From an uncultured Deinococcaceae bacterium (GTDB lineage: Bacteria; Deinococcota; Deinococci; Deinococcales; Deinococcaceae), in the NCBI GenBank assembly GCA_964252075.1, contig CAXULY010000007.1, positions 64,001-128,000 of the forward strand: a DNA stretch of 64,000 bases, written 5' to 3'. Under the pieces are notes generated by a model that did no database searches, was not told the origin of the DNA, and saw only the letters and a list, made by a program, of their open reading frames with translations. Position numbers and translations under genes: made by a program. Positions within the stretch are counted from its first letter, which is position 1, and the number at the start of each line of letters is the position of its first letter. Shown here one piece after another: positions 54,458-64,000 of the stretch.

Positions 54458-54946
54458 TCAATCCAGGGTGAAGTGCAGCGCGTGGCGCTCGCTGAGCCGC
54501 GCGAGCTGCTCGGGGCGCAGCGGCCCGCCGCCCGGCGTGCGGGCGAGCATGCCCGCCAGATCCTCGTAGTAGCGTTCGTGCCCGGCAGGCCACGCCAGCA
54601 GCCGGAAGCGCGCGTCGTCGCGGCCGTCGTTGCGGTAGGCGTGCGGGGTGCCGGGCGGCACCACCACGCACGCGCCGGGCGGCGCCCGCTGCGGGTGATC
54701 GCCGAGGAGCACGGTGGGGGAACCGGACAGCGCGTAGCACAACTCCAACGCGCGGTCGTGGCGGTGGGCGGGACCCAGGTCCTGACCGGCGGGGAGCGTC
54801 ACCTCCAGCAGCGTGCAGGCGTCGGCGGTGGCGTCACCCCCCGCGCGGAACGTGATGACGCTGCGGCCCACGGTGAGGCTCAGGCAGTCCTGCGCCACCG
54901 TGAGGGTGGCCGCCAGGGCGCTGTGGGGCAGGGACGCGTCGGACAT
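54458..54946 (-). CDS. Cupin-domain protein
   Basis: HRHD...E..Y.LSG, VPPGTPHAYRN. Confidence 0.85.
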   Translation of the reverse strand: MSDASLPHSALAATLTVAQDCLSLTVGRSVITFRAGGDATADACTLLEVTLPAGQDLGPAHRHDRALELCYALSGSPTVLLGDHPQRAPPGACVVVPPGTPHAYRNDGRDDARFRLLAWPAGHERYYEDLAGMLARTPGGGPLRPEQLARLSERHALHFTLD

Positions 54947-54979
54947 GCGCACAGCGTAACGGAGGGGACGCGGCGCGCG

Positions 54980-55063
54980 CCTCGTTCGCTTGAACGAGGC
55001 GCGCGCGCGGCGGGGCCCTCGTGAGGATGCAGGATGCGCGCGGAAATCCCACCCTCCTACGCT
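54980..55063 (+). promoter_or_regulatory. Paired 20-bp boxes + -10 (promoter A)
   Basis: CCTCGTTCGCTTGAACGAGG, CCTCGTGAGGATGCAGGATG, 21 nt, TACGCT. Confidence 0.7.
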
Positions 55064-55099
55064 GACCCCCGGTGCGCGCACCGCACCGAGGAGGAACGC

Positions 55100-55933
55100 A
55101 TGAAGCACACCCTGATCGCCCTCACCAGCATCCTGGCCCTGGGCCTCGCCGCCTGCAGCGAGCGCCCCACCCCTGGCCCCGCCGCCCTGCCGGAAGTGAC
55201 GTACACCGCCACCGAGTTCGCCTTCGCGGGCCCCACCTCCCTGCAGGCCGGCCTGAACGCCATCACCCTGGTGAATGAGGGGCACGAGCCGCACCTGCTG
55301 GAACTCGCGCGCCTGCATGACGGCGTGACGCTCGCGGCCTTCAAGGACGCGCTGGACAGCGGCGACTTCGGCGCGGCCATGGGCATGGTGGACCTCGCGG
55401 GCGGCGTGGACGAACTGGAGCACGGCGGGCGCGGGCGGTACGTGGTGGACCTGAAGCCCGGCACGTACGTGCTGTTCTGCCCGATCGGCGGGGAGGACGA
55501 GCCGCCGCACTTCGACCAGGGCATGATTCAGACGATTCAGGTGCTGCCCCGCACGGGCGAACCGCCCGCCGACCCCGCCTCACAGGTGCAGGTGACGGGC
55601 AGCGAGTACGCGTTCAGCGTCACGGGCACCGCGACGGCCGGGAAGCACACGTGGGCCTTCAGGAACGACGGGAACGAGCCGCACGAACTTGGGCTGGCGC
55701 GCCTGCATGACGGCAAGACGCAGGCGGACCTCATGGCGTGGCTGGAGTCGGGCGAGGGCGAGCCGCCCGCGGACCTGCTGGAGGGCGCCCTGCCCATCGC
55801 GGGGGGCGGGCGCGTGTTCGTGGACCTTGACCTCACGGCGGGGCGTTACGTGGCGTTCTGCATGATCCCTGCGCCCGACGGGAAATCGCACGTGGATCAT
55901 GGCATGGTGCGTGCCTTCAGCATCCAGCCGTGA
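55100..55933 (+). CDS. Lipoprotein with two cupredoxin-like domains
   Basis: Lipobox LAAC; two PH...C-x9/10-H-x3-GM type-1 copper motifs. Confidence 0.82.
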   Translation: MKHTLIALTSILALGLAACSERPTPGPAALPEVTYTATEFAFAGPTSLQAGLNAITLVNEGHEPHLLELARLHDGVTLAAFKDALDSGDFGAAMGMVDLAGGVDELEHGGRGRYVVDLKPGTYVLFCPIGGEDEPPHFDQGMIQTIQVLPRTGEPPADPASQVQVTGSEYAFSVTGTATAGKHTWAFRNDGNEPHELGLARLHDGKTQADLMAWLESGEGEPPADLLEGALPIAGGGRVFVDLDLTAGRYVAFCMIPAPDGKSHVDHGMVRAFSIQP

Positions 55934-56064
55934 GGCGCGCCCTCCGCTCACGCACAAGGTGAAGCGCGCGAGCCCGTTCTGACAAGGAGTGGCGCACGCG
56001 TGCCCGCACTGTGAGGGAAACGGTGGCCTTAGGCAATATGGGCCGCGACATGGAGTCAAGGTTG

Positions 56065-56620
56065 GCGCGAGTGGCGCTGTCGAGGACGAGTAACTTGGGC
56101 GAGACGCGCCTCGCCGAATCGCTTATCCGCACGCTCGCGCCACACTTCACACGCCGACCTGCGCGCGGCAGCCCTTAAGCGACTTGTGGGGAGCCTCCGT
56201 CAGCACAACTGCACGCTGAGCCTCTCCAGCCTCACCACACGGCGCCTGCAGGGAGGTCGCCAGGTATCGGACGCTGTGCTCGTTGCGTCGCCCGGAACGG
56301 GGACGCCTCACGCGCGGAGATATTGTGGCTGCGCGCCACGCTGGCGCGTGTGGGACCGCCGCGCGAACATGGCGCTCCCACTAAGCTGGAGCCGACTCTG
56401 CCCGCGCACACACCTTCCAGAGGCTGGGCCACGTCGTCGTGGGGCAGCAGTCGTATGTGCTGGCCGCGTGGCACTTCGAGGCGAGCGTGCGGGCTTGCCG
56501 GGAAGGCGCATACCCAGGCACGTTGGTGCGCGGCACGCGTGGGCGCGTACTGACTGAGGCCATAACCCGACGAGCCGGTTGCGCGATCCTGTGCCGGTGG
56601 CGTTCAGCCTAAAGGGCCTT
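56065..56620 (+). pseudogene. Decayed copy of the ATPase-TPR-LuxR regulator
   Basis: 56097-56148 matches reverse complement of 62374-62425 at 47/52; downstream extent uncertain. Confidence 0.55.
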
Positions 56621-56869
56621 CAGGGTCGATGGACGCTTCGCGTCGCCAGCAGGGCGCTCCGCAGCGGTCAAGCGCGGGGTCCTCATGGCTCGGCTGGCCG
56701 TCAGCCGCGTCCAGAGTGGGTCGCGCCGACCCTACTGAAGCCGATCAGCGAGCCGGATGGCCTGGTGTTGTGAACACACGTGAGGAGCACGTGCACGAAG
56801 CTGAACGCGCAGACGCGGGCGGTCGTCAGCGCGCCACCCTCGACTTCGGCCTGGCCTGATGCCCACCCT

Positions 56870-58210
56870 TCACTCCACGACGATGGTGCCGGTCATGAAG
56901 GGATGAGGGAGGCAGTGGTAGGTGTACACGCCCGGCTGGTCGAGCTTGAGGCTGGCGCGGCTGCCGCGCGTCAGGGGGCGGCTCACCTCAGTGCCGTCCG
57001 GGGCGCGGAGGTTCAGGCCGTGCGACGCGAAGTCGGCGTTCTGCCATGTGACGGTCGTGCCGGCCTTCACGCGCAGCAGCGGTGGGGTGAACTTGAAGCC
57101 CGCGATGCGCACGGTGGGCGTGTCGGCGTCCGTGAGGAGCGGCTGGCTGTGCACGTCGGGCGCGGCGCCCATCGGCATGCCGCCCATGTGGTCGTGCCCG
57201 AGGGTGGCCGCCGTGGGGTCGGGCTTTCCGTGCTCGTCGAGAGGGGAGCCGCCGTGCACCATGAAGTGAATGCCGCCGGGGTACACGCCGTCGTTCGTGG
57301 CGTGCGCGCCGATGTGGTCGTGCATCACGAAGTCCCCGTCGCGGCCCTTCACGAGCAGGTCGTAGCGCTCGCCGGGTGCGATGAGGAGGGTGTCCGCCTC
57401 GATGGGTACGGGCAGGTCGTGGCCGTCCTTGGCGACTTCCAGGAAGGTCATGCCGTGCAGGTGCAGGCTGTGCACCTCGTACCCGAGGTTGATGAAGCGC
57501 AGGAGCGTCACCTGACCGGGCTTGACGTCCACGTCGGGGATGAGCGGTGAGGCCTTGCCGTTCACGAGGAAGTAGTTCGGGGTGGGTTTGTGCACGGCAT
57601 GCGCGGGGTCAGTGTCCTGGTGGCTGTCCCACTCGTCGAGGATCAGGGTGTGTTCGTCCTGCCACACGCGCTTGTCGGGGTCGCGCGGCTCCACGATGAG
57701 GGCGCCGTACATGCCCATGTCGAGGTGCAGGTTCGTCTGGAAATGGCAGTGGTACGCGAAGGTGCCGGCGTCCGTCGCGACGAACTCGTAGGTGTAGGTT
57801 TCACCGGGGAGCACCTCGGTGAGGCCGTCCATGCGTTCGGCGAGGGACACGATGCCGTGCAGGTGGATGGTGTGCGGCTGGTCGAAGGTGTTCACGAGCG
57901 TGACGCGCACGAGGTCCCCCTGCGTGACGCGCAGTTCCGGGCCGGGCACGGTGGGCGTCTGGCCGGGGAAGCCGTACGCCCACTGCTCGACCTTCACGCC
58001 GGGCGCGATTTCCGCCTGAATGCGGTGCACTTCCAGCGTGAATTCCCGCACCTGCCCGGTCGCCTGCTCGACGGGCACCGTGCCGACCGGCTTGAGTTCG
58101 AACTGCCGGATCAGCTGCTCGCGGGACGGCGCGGCGTCCGCCTGCGCGGGGGCGGGTGCGCCCAGCAGCGCGAGGAGGGCCGCCAGGGGCAGGAAGCGGC
58201 GGAGCGTCAC
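56870..58210 (-). CDS. Two-domain multicopper oxidase with C-terminal cupredoxin
   Basis: HTIHLHG, YHCH..HLDMGM, HSLHLHG, MHDH, C-terminal YHCLPHPFM. Confidence 0.9.
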   Translation of the reverse strand: MTLRRFLPLAALLALLGAPAPAQADAAPSREQLIRQFELKPVGTVPVEQATGQVREFTLEVHRIQAEIAPGVKVEQWAYGFPGQTPTVPGPELRVTQGDLVRVTLVNTFDQPHTIHLHGIVSLAERMDGLTEVLPGETYTYEFVATDAGTFAYHCHFQTNLHLDMGMYGALIVEPRDPDKRVWQDEHTLILDEWDSHQDTDPAHAVHKPTPNYFLVNGKASPLIPDVDVKPGQVTLLRFINLGYEVHSLHLHGMTFLEVAKDGHDLPVPIEADTLLIAPGERYDLLVKGRDGDFVMHDHIGAHATNDGVYPGGIHFMVHGGSPLDEHGKPDPTAATLGHDHMGGMPMGAAPDVHSQPLLTDADTPTVRIAGFKFTPPLLRVKAGTTVTWQNADFASHGLNLRAPDGTEVSRPLTRGSRASLKLDQPGVYTYHCLPHPFMTGTIVVE

Positions 58211-58716
58211 GCGCCCTCCAGCGGGCGCGCGAGGGGCGCGAGCAGCGCGAAGGCGAGGGCTTGCACGGCGCGCGGCGCGCGCGTGAACACCACCTCGCGC
58301 CGGAATTCGCGCGCGAACAGGGCGCGCTGCAGCCAACCGGTCCGCTCGCCCGGCGTGAGGCCCAGCTGGCGCCACAGCATGGCTTCGTGCCGCGCGTCGC
58401 GCGGCACCTCCAGCAGCACGTGCGCCTCGGTGTCGCCGGCGTTCCTCCAGGTGTGCCGCGCGCCGGCGGGCACCACAATGCGCTGGTTTCGCGGGGCGTT
58501 CAGGGTGAGGCCGTCGAGGTGCAGGCGCACGCGGCCGCTCAGGACCGTGAGGACCTCCTCGGCGCGCGGGTGCAGGTGAACGCCCACGGCAGGGTGGCCG
58601 GGGGGCAGGAACAGGTCCGCGTGCAGGGGGGCCGCGTCCGGGTGGTCGCCGCGCGCGCGGATCACGGCGCGCGCGCCGGTGGCTGGGTTCGTGAGGGTGT
58701 CTCCGGCTGTTGGCAT
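58207..58716 (-). CDS. Cupin-domain protein
   Basis: HLHP.AEE...VLSG, VPAGARHTWRN. Confidence 0.82.
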   Translation of the reverse strand: MPTAGDTLTNPATGARAVIRARGDHPDAAPLHADLFLPPGHPAVGVHLHPRAEEVLTVLSGRVRLHLDGLTLNAPRNQRIVVPAGARHTWRNAGDTEAHVLLEVPRDARHEAMLWRQLGLTPGERTGWLQRALFAREFRREVVFTRAPRAVQALAFALLAPLARPLEGA

Positions 58717-58795
58717 GCGGTTCGGGCTCCTCAGCGGGACGGGCAGGCCCACTCTGGGCCTGCCCGCTCGGGAAAAACGGCGGGGTGGGGGCGCC

Positions 58796-59656
58796 TTACT
58801 TGACGGTGAAGAAGCCGCTCATGCCGAGCATCGCGTGCGGCTGCCCGGTCTTGGGGTCGCCCACGAAGCACGCCACGAAGTACGTGCCGGGCGTGAGGTC
58901 CATCGTGACGTAGTTGCTGTGGCCGGGGTTCATGACTTCCGAGCCGAGGCCGGGCGTCATGTCGAGCGGCGGCTCGCCCTGCGCGTCCGGGCCGGCCATC
59001 AGGAACTTCATGACGTCCTCCTGCGTGTGGCCGTCCTGCACGCGCGCCATCATCAGGAAGTGCGGCTGGCGGCCCTGGTTCGCCACCTCGAAGGTGTGCT
59101 TGCCCGCGCTGATCTGCGTGGCGGGCAGGGCCACCGCGAAGTCCGCGAGTGCCACCTTGTAGTCCGCTTGGGGCGCCGTGGTGTTCGCGGGGCCGCTCAC
59201 GGTGAAGGGCTGGAAGAGGCCGAGCTTCGCGAGCGCCTGGGGGTTCTTGTCGTCCCCGCCGGGATTCAGGGTGGTGGCGACGTACTCGCCGGGGTCGAGC
59301 TTCAGGACGGCGCTGCCGCTCTGGCCGGGCGCCACGTCCACCACGCCGCCGTACAGGTCGGCGGCGTTCAGGAGCGCCTCGGCGCCCGCGTCGCCGGTCA
59401 GGGCGAAGCCCTCCACGGCCTTCAGGAGCGCGTCCTTGCTCACGCCGCTGTTCAGCTTGAAGACCTGCAAGTTGTGCGGCGCGGCGCCCGTGTTCTTCAG
59501 GTTGAACTGCACGAACCCGGCGGGCACGCTGGCGGGCAGGGTGTACGCCTGGTCGGACACGCTGATGTCCACGGCGGGGACGGCCTGCGCGGAGGCGGCG
59601 CCGATCAGGGCGAAGGTGACGGCGGCAATGGCGGTGGCAATTCGGGTGTTGCGCAT
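58796..59656 (-). CDS. Secreted tandem cupredoxin-like protein
   Basis: Signal peptide; second domain PH...CFVGDPKTGQPHAMLGM; paralog of 55100-55933. Confidence 0.82.
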   Translation of the reverse strand: MRNTRIATAIAAVTFALIGAASAQAVPAVDISVSDQAYTLPASVPAGFVQFNLKNTGAAPHNLQVFKLNSGVSKDALLKAVEGFALTGDAGAEALLNAADLYGGVVDVAPGQSGSAVLKLDPGEYVATTLNPGGDDKNPQALAKLGLFQPFTVSGPANTTAPQADYKVALADFAVALPATQISAGKHTFEVANQGRQPHFLMMARVQDGHTQEDVMKFLMAGPDAQGEPPLDMTPGLGSEVMNPGHSNYVTMDLTPGTYFVACFVGDPKTGQPHAMLGMSGFFTVK

Positions 59657-59769
59657 GATGGGTCCTTCCGGGACGCTCCTGCCACCCCCGCCAGTCCGGC
59701 GTGGGGCACGGCGTGCAGTGTGCAGTCCCTGTGGGTGTTCGTCCTGGCCTGTGGCCGGCGACAGGGAGC

Positions 59770-59854
59770 ACCTTAGGCCTCGCGGGGCCGCCGCGTCATC
59801 GTCAGAACGAACGGGGCGGCGGACCCGGGACGCGCCTCGTTCATCCTGACGAGG
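59770..59854 (-). promoter_or_regulatory. Paired 20-bp boxes + -10 (promoter B)
   Basis: Boxes 59835-54 and 59797-816, 21 nt, TAAGGT. Confidence 0.7.
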
Positions 59855-59883
59855 CGGTGGGCCTACCGGGGCGCTCGTGGGGG

Positions 59884-62625
59884 TCAGGCGAGGCCGAGGT
59901 CGAGGGCGGCGCGCGTGGCGGCCGCCCGCGTCTGCACGTTCAGCTTCGCGTACACGCTCCGCACGTGCGTGTTCACCGTCACCACCCCCACCCCCAGCCG
60001 CGCCGCCATCTGCGCGTTCGTCAACCCCTGCGCCAGGAGCCCCAGCACCTCCCGCTCCCGACCCGTCAGCACCGCCAGCGCCTCCGGCTCGGCGGGGGTG
60101 GGGCGGTCGCCGCCCGTCACCTCCACGTTCACGGGTGCGGGCGGCGTGGGCGGCTGCGCTTCGAGCGCCAGCGTGCGGCCCTGCGCGTACTCCGCCGCGA
60201 AGCCCGAGGCGCCCAGCGCGCCCTGCGCGGACGCCGTGACGCGCGCGAGCCACTCGCGCTCCACGGGCGTGGCGGGCGCGCCCGCCTGCGCGCGCAGTTC
60301 GGCGGCGCGGCCCAGCACGCGCGCCACCGTGCGCGCCTGCGCGGCGCGCGCGTGCACGCCCGCCAGGGTTTCGAGCGCCCGCGCCATCCACAGCCGCGCG
60401 CCCGCCTCGCGCGCCATCGGGAGCGCCTCGTGCAGCAGGGGGGCGGCGTCCTGCGGGCGGCCCTGCGCGAGTTCCAGGCGCGCGAGGTTCACGAGTGAGG
60501 CGGTGAGTCCCAGGCGACTGCCGACGCGCGCGTGCAGGGCGCGCGCCTCCTGCAGGTGCGCGCGGGCCGCCGTGAGGTCCCCGCCGCGCCGCGCGAGGTT
60601 GCCCAGCTCGACCAGCACGAAGCCGGCGCGCAGGGCGTTGCCATGCTCGCGGTAGGTGGCGAGCGCCCGCTCGAAGAGCGCCTGCGCGCCCGCGTTGTCG
60701 CCCTCGTCGGCGGCGACGAGGCCCAGGCACTGCTCCGCCACCGCGATGCGGAAGCGGTCGTGCGCGGCGGCGAACAGCTCGTGCGCGCCCTGGAAGTGCT
60801 GGCGGGCCTCCACGAGCAGGCCGCGCTGGCGGGCCACGTCCCCGAGGGCGAGGAGCGCGGTGGCGGTGCCGTTGCGGTCCCCCTGCGCGCGGTACAGGCT
60901 GAGGGCCTCCGCGAGGGGCGGGCTGGCGGGCGCGAGCTCACCGCGGTACGCGAGGGCGTTCCCCAGGGAGAACAGCGCGTCCGCGAGGTCCGTGGGGTTC
61001 CCCAGTGTGCGGCGCAGCGCGAGGCTCTCCTCGAACAGGTCGCGGGCGCGCGCGAGGTCCCCCTCGGTCAGCGCGAGGTTCCCGAGGTTCTGCAGGGAGG
61101 CGGCGACCGCCGCGAGGTCCCCTTCGGCGCGGCGCAGGTCCAGGCCGCGCTCCAGCAGGGTGCGCGCCTCCGCGTAGGCGTCCTGCCGCCACGCCATGAC
61201 GCCCGCCGCCGTGAGGGCGTGGGCGCGCAGATGGGCGGACAGCGTGCCGGGCAGCGCGAGCACCGCGCCGAGCAGGCGGCGGCCCTCGCTGAAGGCGCCG
61301 CGCGCGTCCCAGTACCAGCGCAGCGCGACCGCCATGCGCGCGGCGCGCTCGGCGTCGGCGCGCGCCACGAGTTCGTTCAGGGCGGCCTGCAGGTCGTCGT
61401 GCTCGGCGTCCAGGCGGGCCAGCCAGTCGCGGCCCTCTGGGCCGTGCAGGCGCGCGGCGGCGTCCTCCGCCAGCGCGAGGTAGTGCGCGGCGTGCCGCTC
61501 GCGCAGGGCGTCCAGCTCCCCGGAGGCCTCCAGGTGCTCCAGCGCGTACTCCCGCACCGTGGACAGCAGCGAGAAGCGCACCTGCGCGGGCTCCGGGAGG
61601 CGCGTCACGAGGCTGTGCTCGACGAGCGCCGTGACGCCGTCCAGCGCGTCGAGGTCCGGTCCGGCGAGGTGCTGCGCGGCGTCCAGCGAGAAGGGGCCCT
61701 CGAAGACGGCGAGGCGCGCGAGAAGGCGGCGTTCCTCCTGGGCGAGCAGCCCGTAACTCCAGTCCAGGGTGGCGCGCAGCGTGCGCTGCCGGTCCGGGCG
61801 GTCCCGCGGGCCGTCCGTCAGCAGCGGCAGGCGGCGCGACAACCGCGCGAGCAGCGCCTCGGGGCTCAGCACGCGCAGCCGGGACGCCGCCAGTTCCAGC
61901 GCCAGCGGCAGCCCGTCCAGCCGCCGCACGATGTCCGCCACCAGGGGCGCGCTGTCCGCGGTGAGGGCGAAGCGCGGCGCGACGGCGCGCGCGCGCTCCT
62001 CGAAAAGCTGGATGCTGCCCGCGCCCAGCAGGCGCTCCAGGCTGTCGGCGTCCGGCCGCAGGCCCCTGGGCGGGAGGTCGAGGGGCGTGAGCGGGAACTC
62101 GTGCTCGCCACTCAGGCGCAGCGGCGCCCGGCTCGTTCCCAGCACCTTCACGCCCGGTGCCTGCGCCAGCACCTCCGCCACCAGCGTCCCCACGCCCAGC
62201 ACCTGCTCCAGGTTGTCCAGCGTCAGCAGCAGTTCGCGGTCCTGCAGGTGTGCCAGCAGCGCCTCCAGTGGGGTGCGGCGCGTCTCGTCCAGGTTCAGCG
62301 CGCGGCACAGCGCGGCGGGCACCACCGTGGGGTCCCGCACGGTGGCGAGCGGCACGAAGACGCTGCCGTGCGCGAAGTGCGGCGCGAGCGTGCGGGTGAG
62401 CGCTTCGGCGAGGCGCGTCTTGCCCACACCGCCCGGCCCCGTCAGCGTCACCAGCGCCACCTCCGCCCGCCGCAGCAGCCGCGCGCAGGCGTCCAGTTCC
62501 CGCTGCCGCCCGATCAGCGCGCCGCGGCTGGCGGCGGGCAGCCCGAGGGGCACGCGCGCTGCTGGGGGGAGCTCAGGTGCAGCCTCGTCCACGCGGTTCT
62601 CCAGGGGCGACCCGCCCGATGTCAT
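59884..62625 (-). CDS. STAND-type ATPase-TPR-LuxR transcriptional regulator
   Basis: GPGGVGKT, LTLDNLE, DGLPLALELAA, RQRTLRATLDWSY, TPRs, LTGREREVL..NAQMA..HV..VYAKL; TACAAT 7 nt before ATG. Confidence 0.92.
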   Translation of the reverse strand: MTSGGSPLENRVDEAAPELPPAARVPLGLPAASRGALIGRQRELDACARLLRRAEVALVTLTGPGGVGKTRLAEALTRTLAPHFAHGSVFVPLATVRDPTVVPAALCRALNLDETRRTPLEALLAHLQDRELLLTLDNLEQVLGVGTLVAEVLAQAPGVKVLGTSRAPLRLSGEHEFPLTPLDLPPRGLRPDADSLERLLGAGSIQLFEERARAVAPRFALTADSAPLVADIVRRLDGLPLALELAASRLRVLSPEALLARLSRRLPLLTDGPRDRPDRQRTLRATLDWSYGLLAQEERRLLARLAVFEGPFSLDAAQHLAGPDLDALDGVTALVEHSLVTRLPEPAQVRFSLLSTVREYALEHLEASGELDALRERHAAHYLALAEDAAARLHGPEGRDWLARLDAEHDDLQAALNELVARADAERAARMAVALRWYWDARGAFSEGRRLLGAVLALPGTLSAHLRAHALTAAGVMAWRQDAYAEARTLLERGLDLRRAEGDLAAVAASLQNLGNLALTEGDLARARDLFEESLALRRTLGNPTDLADALFSLGNALAYRGELAPASPPLAEALSLYRAQGDRNGTATALLALGDVARQRGLLVEARQHFQGAHELFAAAHDRFRIAVAEQCLGLVAADEGDNAGAQALFERALATYREHGNALRAGFVLVELGNLARRGGDLTAARAHLQEARALHARVGSRLGLTASLVNLARLELAQGRPQDAAPLLHEALPMAREAGARLWMARALETLAGVHARAAQARTVARVLGRAAELRAQAGAPATPVEREWLARVTASAQGALGASGFAAEYAQGRTLALEAQPPTPPAPVNVEVTGGDRPTPAEPEALAVLTGREREVLGLLAQGLTNAQMAARLGVGVVTVNTHVRSVYAKLNVQTRAAATRAALDLGLA

Positions 62626-62652
62626 TGCCCTGATTGTAGCGCTCCGGACAGT

Positions 62653-62735
62653 CAACCGTCATCTGAACGAGGGCGACCGGCGGGCGTCCCTCGTTCATCC
62701 AGACGACGCGCGCCGCACCATTCAGCCCGTACGGT
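62653..62735 (+). promoter_or_regulatory. Paired boxes + -10 (promoter C)
   Basis: Partial box 62653-72, CCTCGTTCATCCAGACGACG 62689-708, 21 nt, TACGGT. Confidence 0.68.
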
Positions 62736-62848
62736 GATTCAGGCCCGGGGAGCGCAGGCCAAACGGTCCGACCGCCTCTGCCCCCTCCCACCACCCCCAC
62801 GCCCATGCCCGGCCAGGCACCCCGATCCGACCGCACAGGAGATCCCGC

Positions 62849-62974
62849 ATGGCCACCGCTTCGTCCGTGAATGCCACCCACCTCGCGCGCCTCAGCGGCG
62901 AGCGGAAGTCCGGCCGGCCCGTGTGGAGCGCCGCGGACGCCCGGCCCGCCGTGACTGGCCCCGCCCCGGTCTGA
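62849..62974 (+). CDS. Possible 41-aa ORF (MATASSVNATHLARLSGERK...)
   Basis: AGGAGA RBS; downstream of promoter C. Confidence 0.4.
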   Translation: MATASSVNATHLARLSGERKSGRPVWSAADARPAVTGPAPV

Positions 62975-63065
62975 GCGGCGCGCGGCGATCATCCTCGAAT
63001 CACGCGCGGTTTCCTACGCTGCTCCCGTTCGCCCCCACTTCCGCCCCCCGACAAGGAGTTCACCC

Positions 63066-63518
63066 ATGAATCAGTCCATCAAACGAACCGTCACTGTGCT
63101 GACCGCCCTGATCTGCGGCGCGGCGCTCGCGCACGCCACCGTCAAGACCGACGCGGGCGGCAGCGAGAGCCTCGCCGGGAAGTACGAGACGTACCGCCTG
63201 CAGGTGCCGACCGAGAAGGACATCCCCACCGTCCGCGTGCGCCTCGTCTTGCCAGAAGGGGTGCAGGTGAGCAGCTTCATGCCGGTGCCCGGCTTCGTGC
63301 GCAGCGTGGAGCGCGACGCGCAGGGCCACGTGAGCGCCGTGAGCTGGGCGGGCCGCATTCAGCCGGAGGAGTTCCAGCGGTTCCTGTTCAGCGTCCGCAA
63401 CCCCGCCGAAGCCGCCACGCTCGCATGGACGGTGGAGCAGACCTACCAGGACGGCACCGTGGTCCACTGGGACGACCACGACCCCGCCACGCCCGCCAGC
63501 AAGACCAGCGTGAAGTGA
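63066..63518 (+). CDS. YcnI/DUF1775 family copper-binding protein
   Basis: ALA-H signal cleavage, VPTEKD, QTYQDGTVVHW; AAGGAG RBS. Confidence 0.88.
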   Translation: MNQSIKRTVTVLTALICGAALAHATVKTDAGGSESLAGKYETYRLQVPTEKDIPTVRVRLVLPEGVQVSSFMPVPGFVRSVERDAQGHVSAVSWAGRIQPEEFQRFLFSVRNPAEAATLAWTVEQTYQDGTVVHWDDHDPATPASKTSVK

Positions 63519-63522
63519 GGCC

Positions 63523-64000
63523 GTGAGCACGCCCTCCCCCACCCTGGTTCGTCCCGCGGCGCGCGCCCGCGCGCCGCGGGCTGCGCAGGTGGCGGCGCCC
63601 GCCCTGGTCGCGCTGACCACCGAGGTCGCGCTGCGCCTGACCTTCGGGGACGCGCCCGTGCTGGGTCAGCGCCTCGCGGAAGCACACGGCTGGCTGGCCC
63701 TGCTGGCGCTGCTCCTGACGCTGCTGGCGCGCCCGCTGCGCCTGCTGCGCGTGCGGCGCGCGCTGGGCCTGAGCGCCTTCGCGTTCACGCTCGCGCACCT
63801 CGCGTACGCGTTCGCGCACGTGTTCGGCGCGGACCTGCTGGCCCTGCTGTTCCTGCGCCGCCCGGAACAGCTGGCGCTCGGCCTCGGGGCGCTCGCCGCG
63901 CTGGGGCTGGTGCCGCTCGCACTGACCTCCACGAACGCCGCCATGCGCCGCCTGGGGCCGCACTGGAAGGCGCTGCACCGCATCACCCTTCCCCTGACGC
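63523..64000 (+). CDS. Ferric-reductase-like (MsrQ/YedZ-type) membrane protein, 3'-truncated
   Basis: RRALGL.AF....AH, LALTST...RRLG..WKALHR; frame open to window end. Confidence 0.8.
   Translation, partial: MSTPSPTLVRPAARARAPRAAQVAAPALVALTTEVALRLTFGDAPVLGQRLAEAHGWLALLALLLTLLARPLRLLRVRRALGLSAFAFTLAHLAYAFAHVFGADLLALLFLRRPEQLALGLGALAALGLVPLALTSTNAAMRRLGPHWKALHRITLPLT

Overview
Very GC-rich bacterial chromosome segment. Gene content and many TANNNT-N5-7-start leaderless genes suggest Deinococcus or a relative (inference). The backbone carries treY, sppA, a MarR/dioxygenase/esterase cluster, a sugar ABC operon, metG, a GH13 amylase, a tRNA nucleotidyltransferase, a two-component system, mqnC, topA, icd and a radical SAM gene. 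Four things stand out. (1) A Met-rich 18-aa leader peptide with antiterminator and terminator lies upstream of metG, an apparent ribosome-mediated methionine attenuator. (2) A ~10.5-kb PICI/satellite-like element is integrated in tRNA-Ala(TGC), with 46-bp att repeats, integrase, Xis, primase-helicase with embedded iterons, TerS and no capsid genes. It carries an XRE + ImmA/IrrE module divergent from an unannotated 49-aa peptide. (3) A copper-protein cluster (two tandem-cupredoxin proteins, a type C two-domain multicopper oxidase, YcnI, MsrQ-like) has three promoters sharing paired 20-bp boxes at identical spacing, next to an ATPase-TPR-LuxR regulator. (4) There is a candidate pseudoknot/T-arm ncRNA near 35.2-35.35 kb. 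All calls come from reading the sequence; no searches were run.
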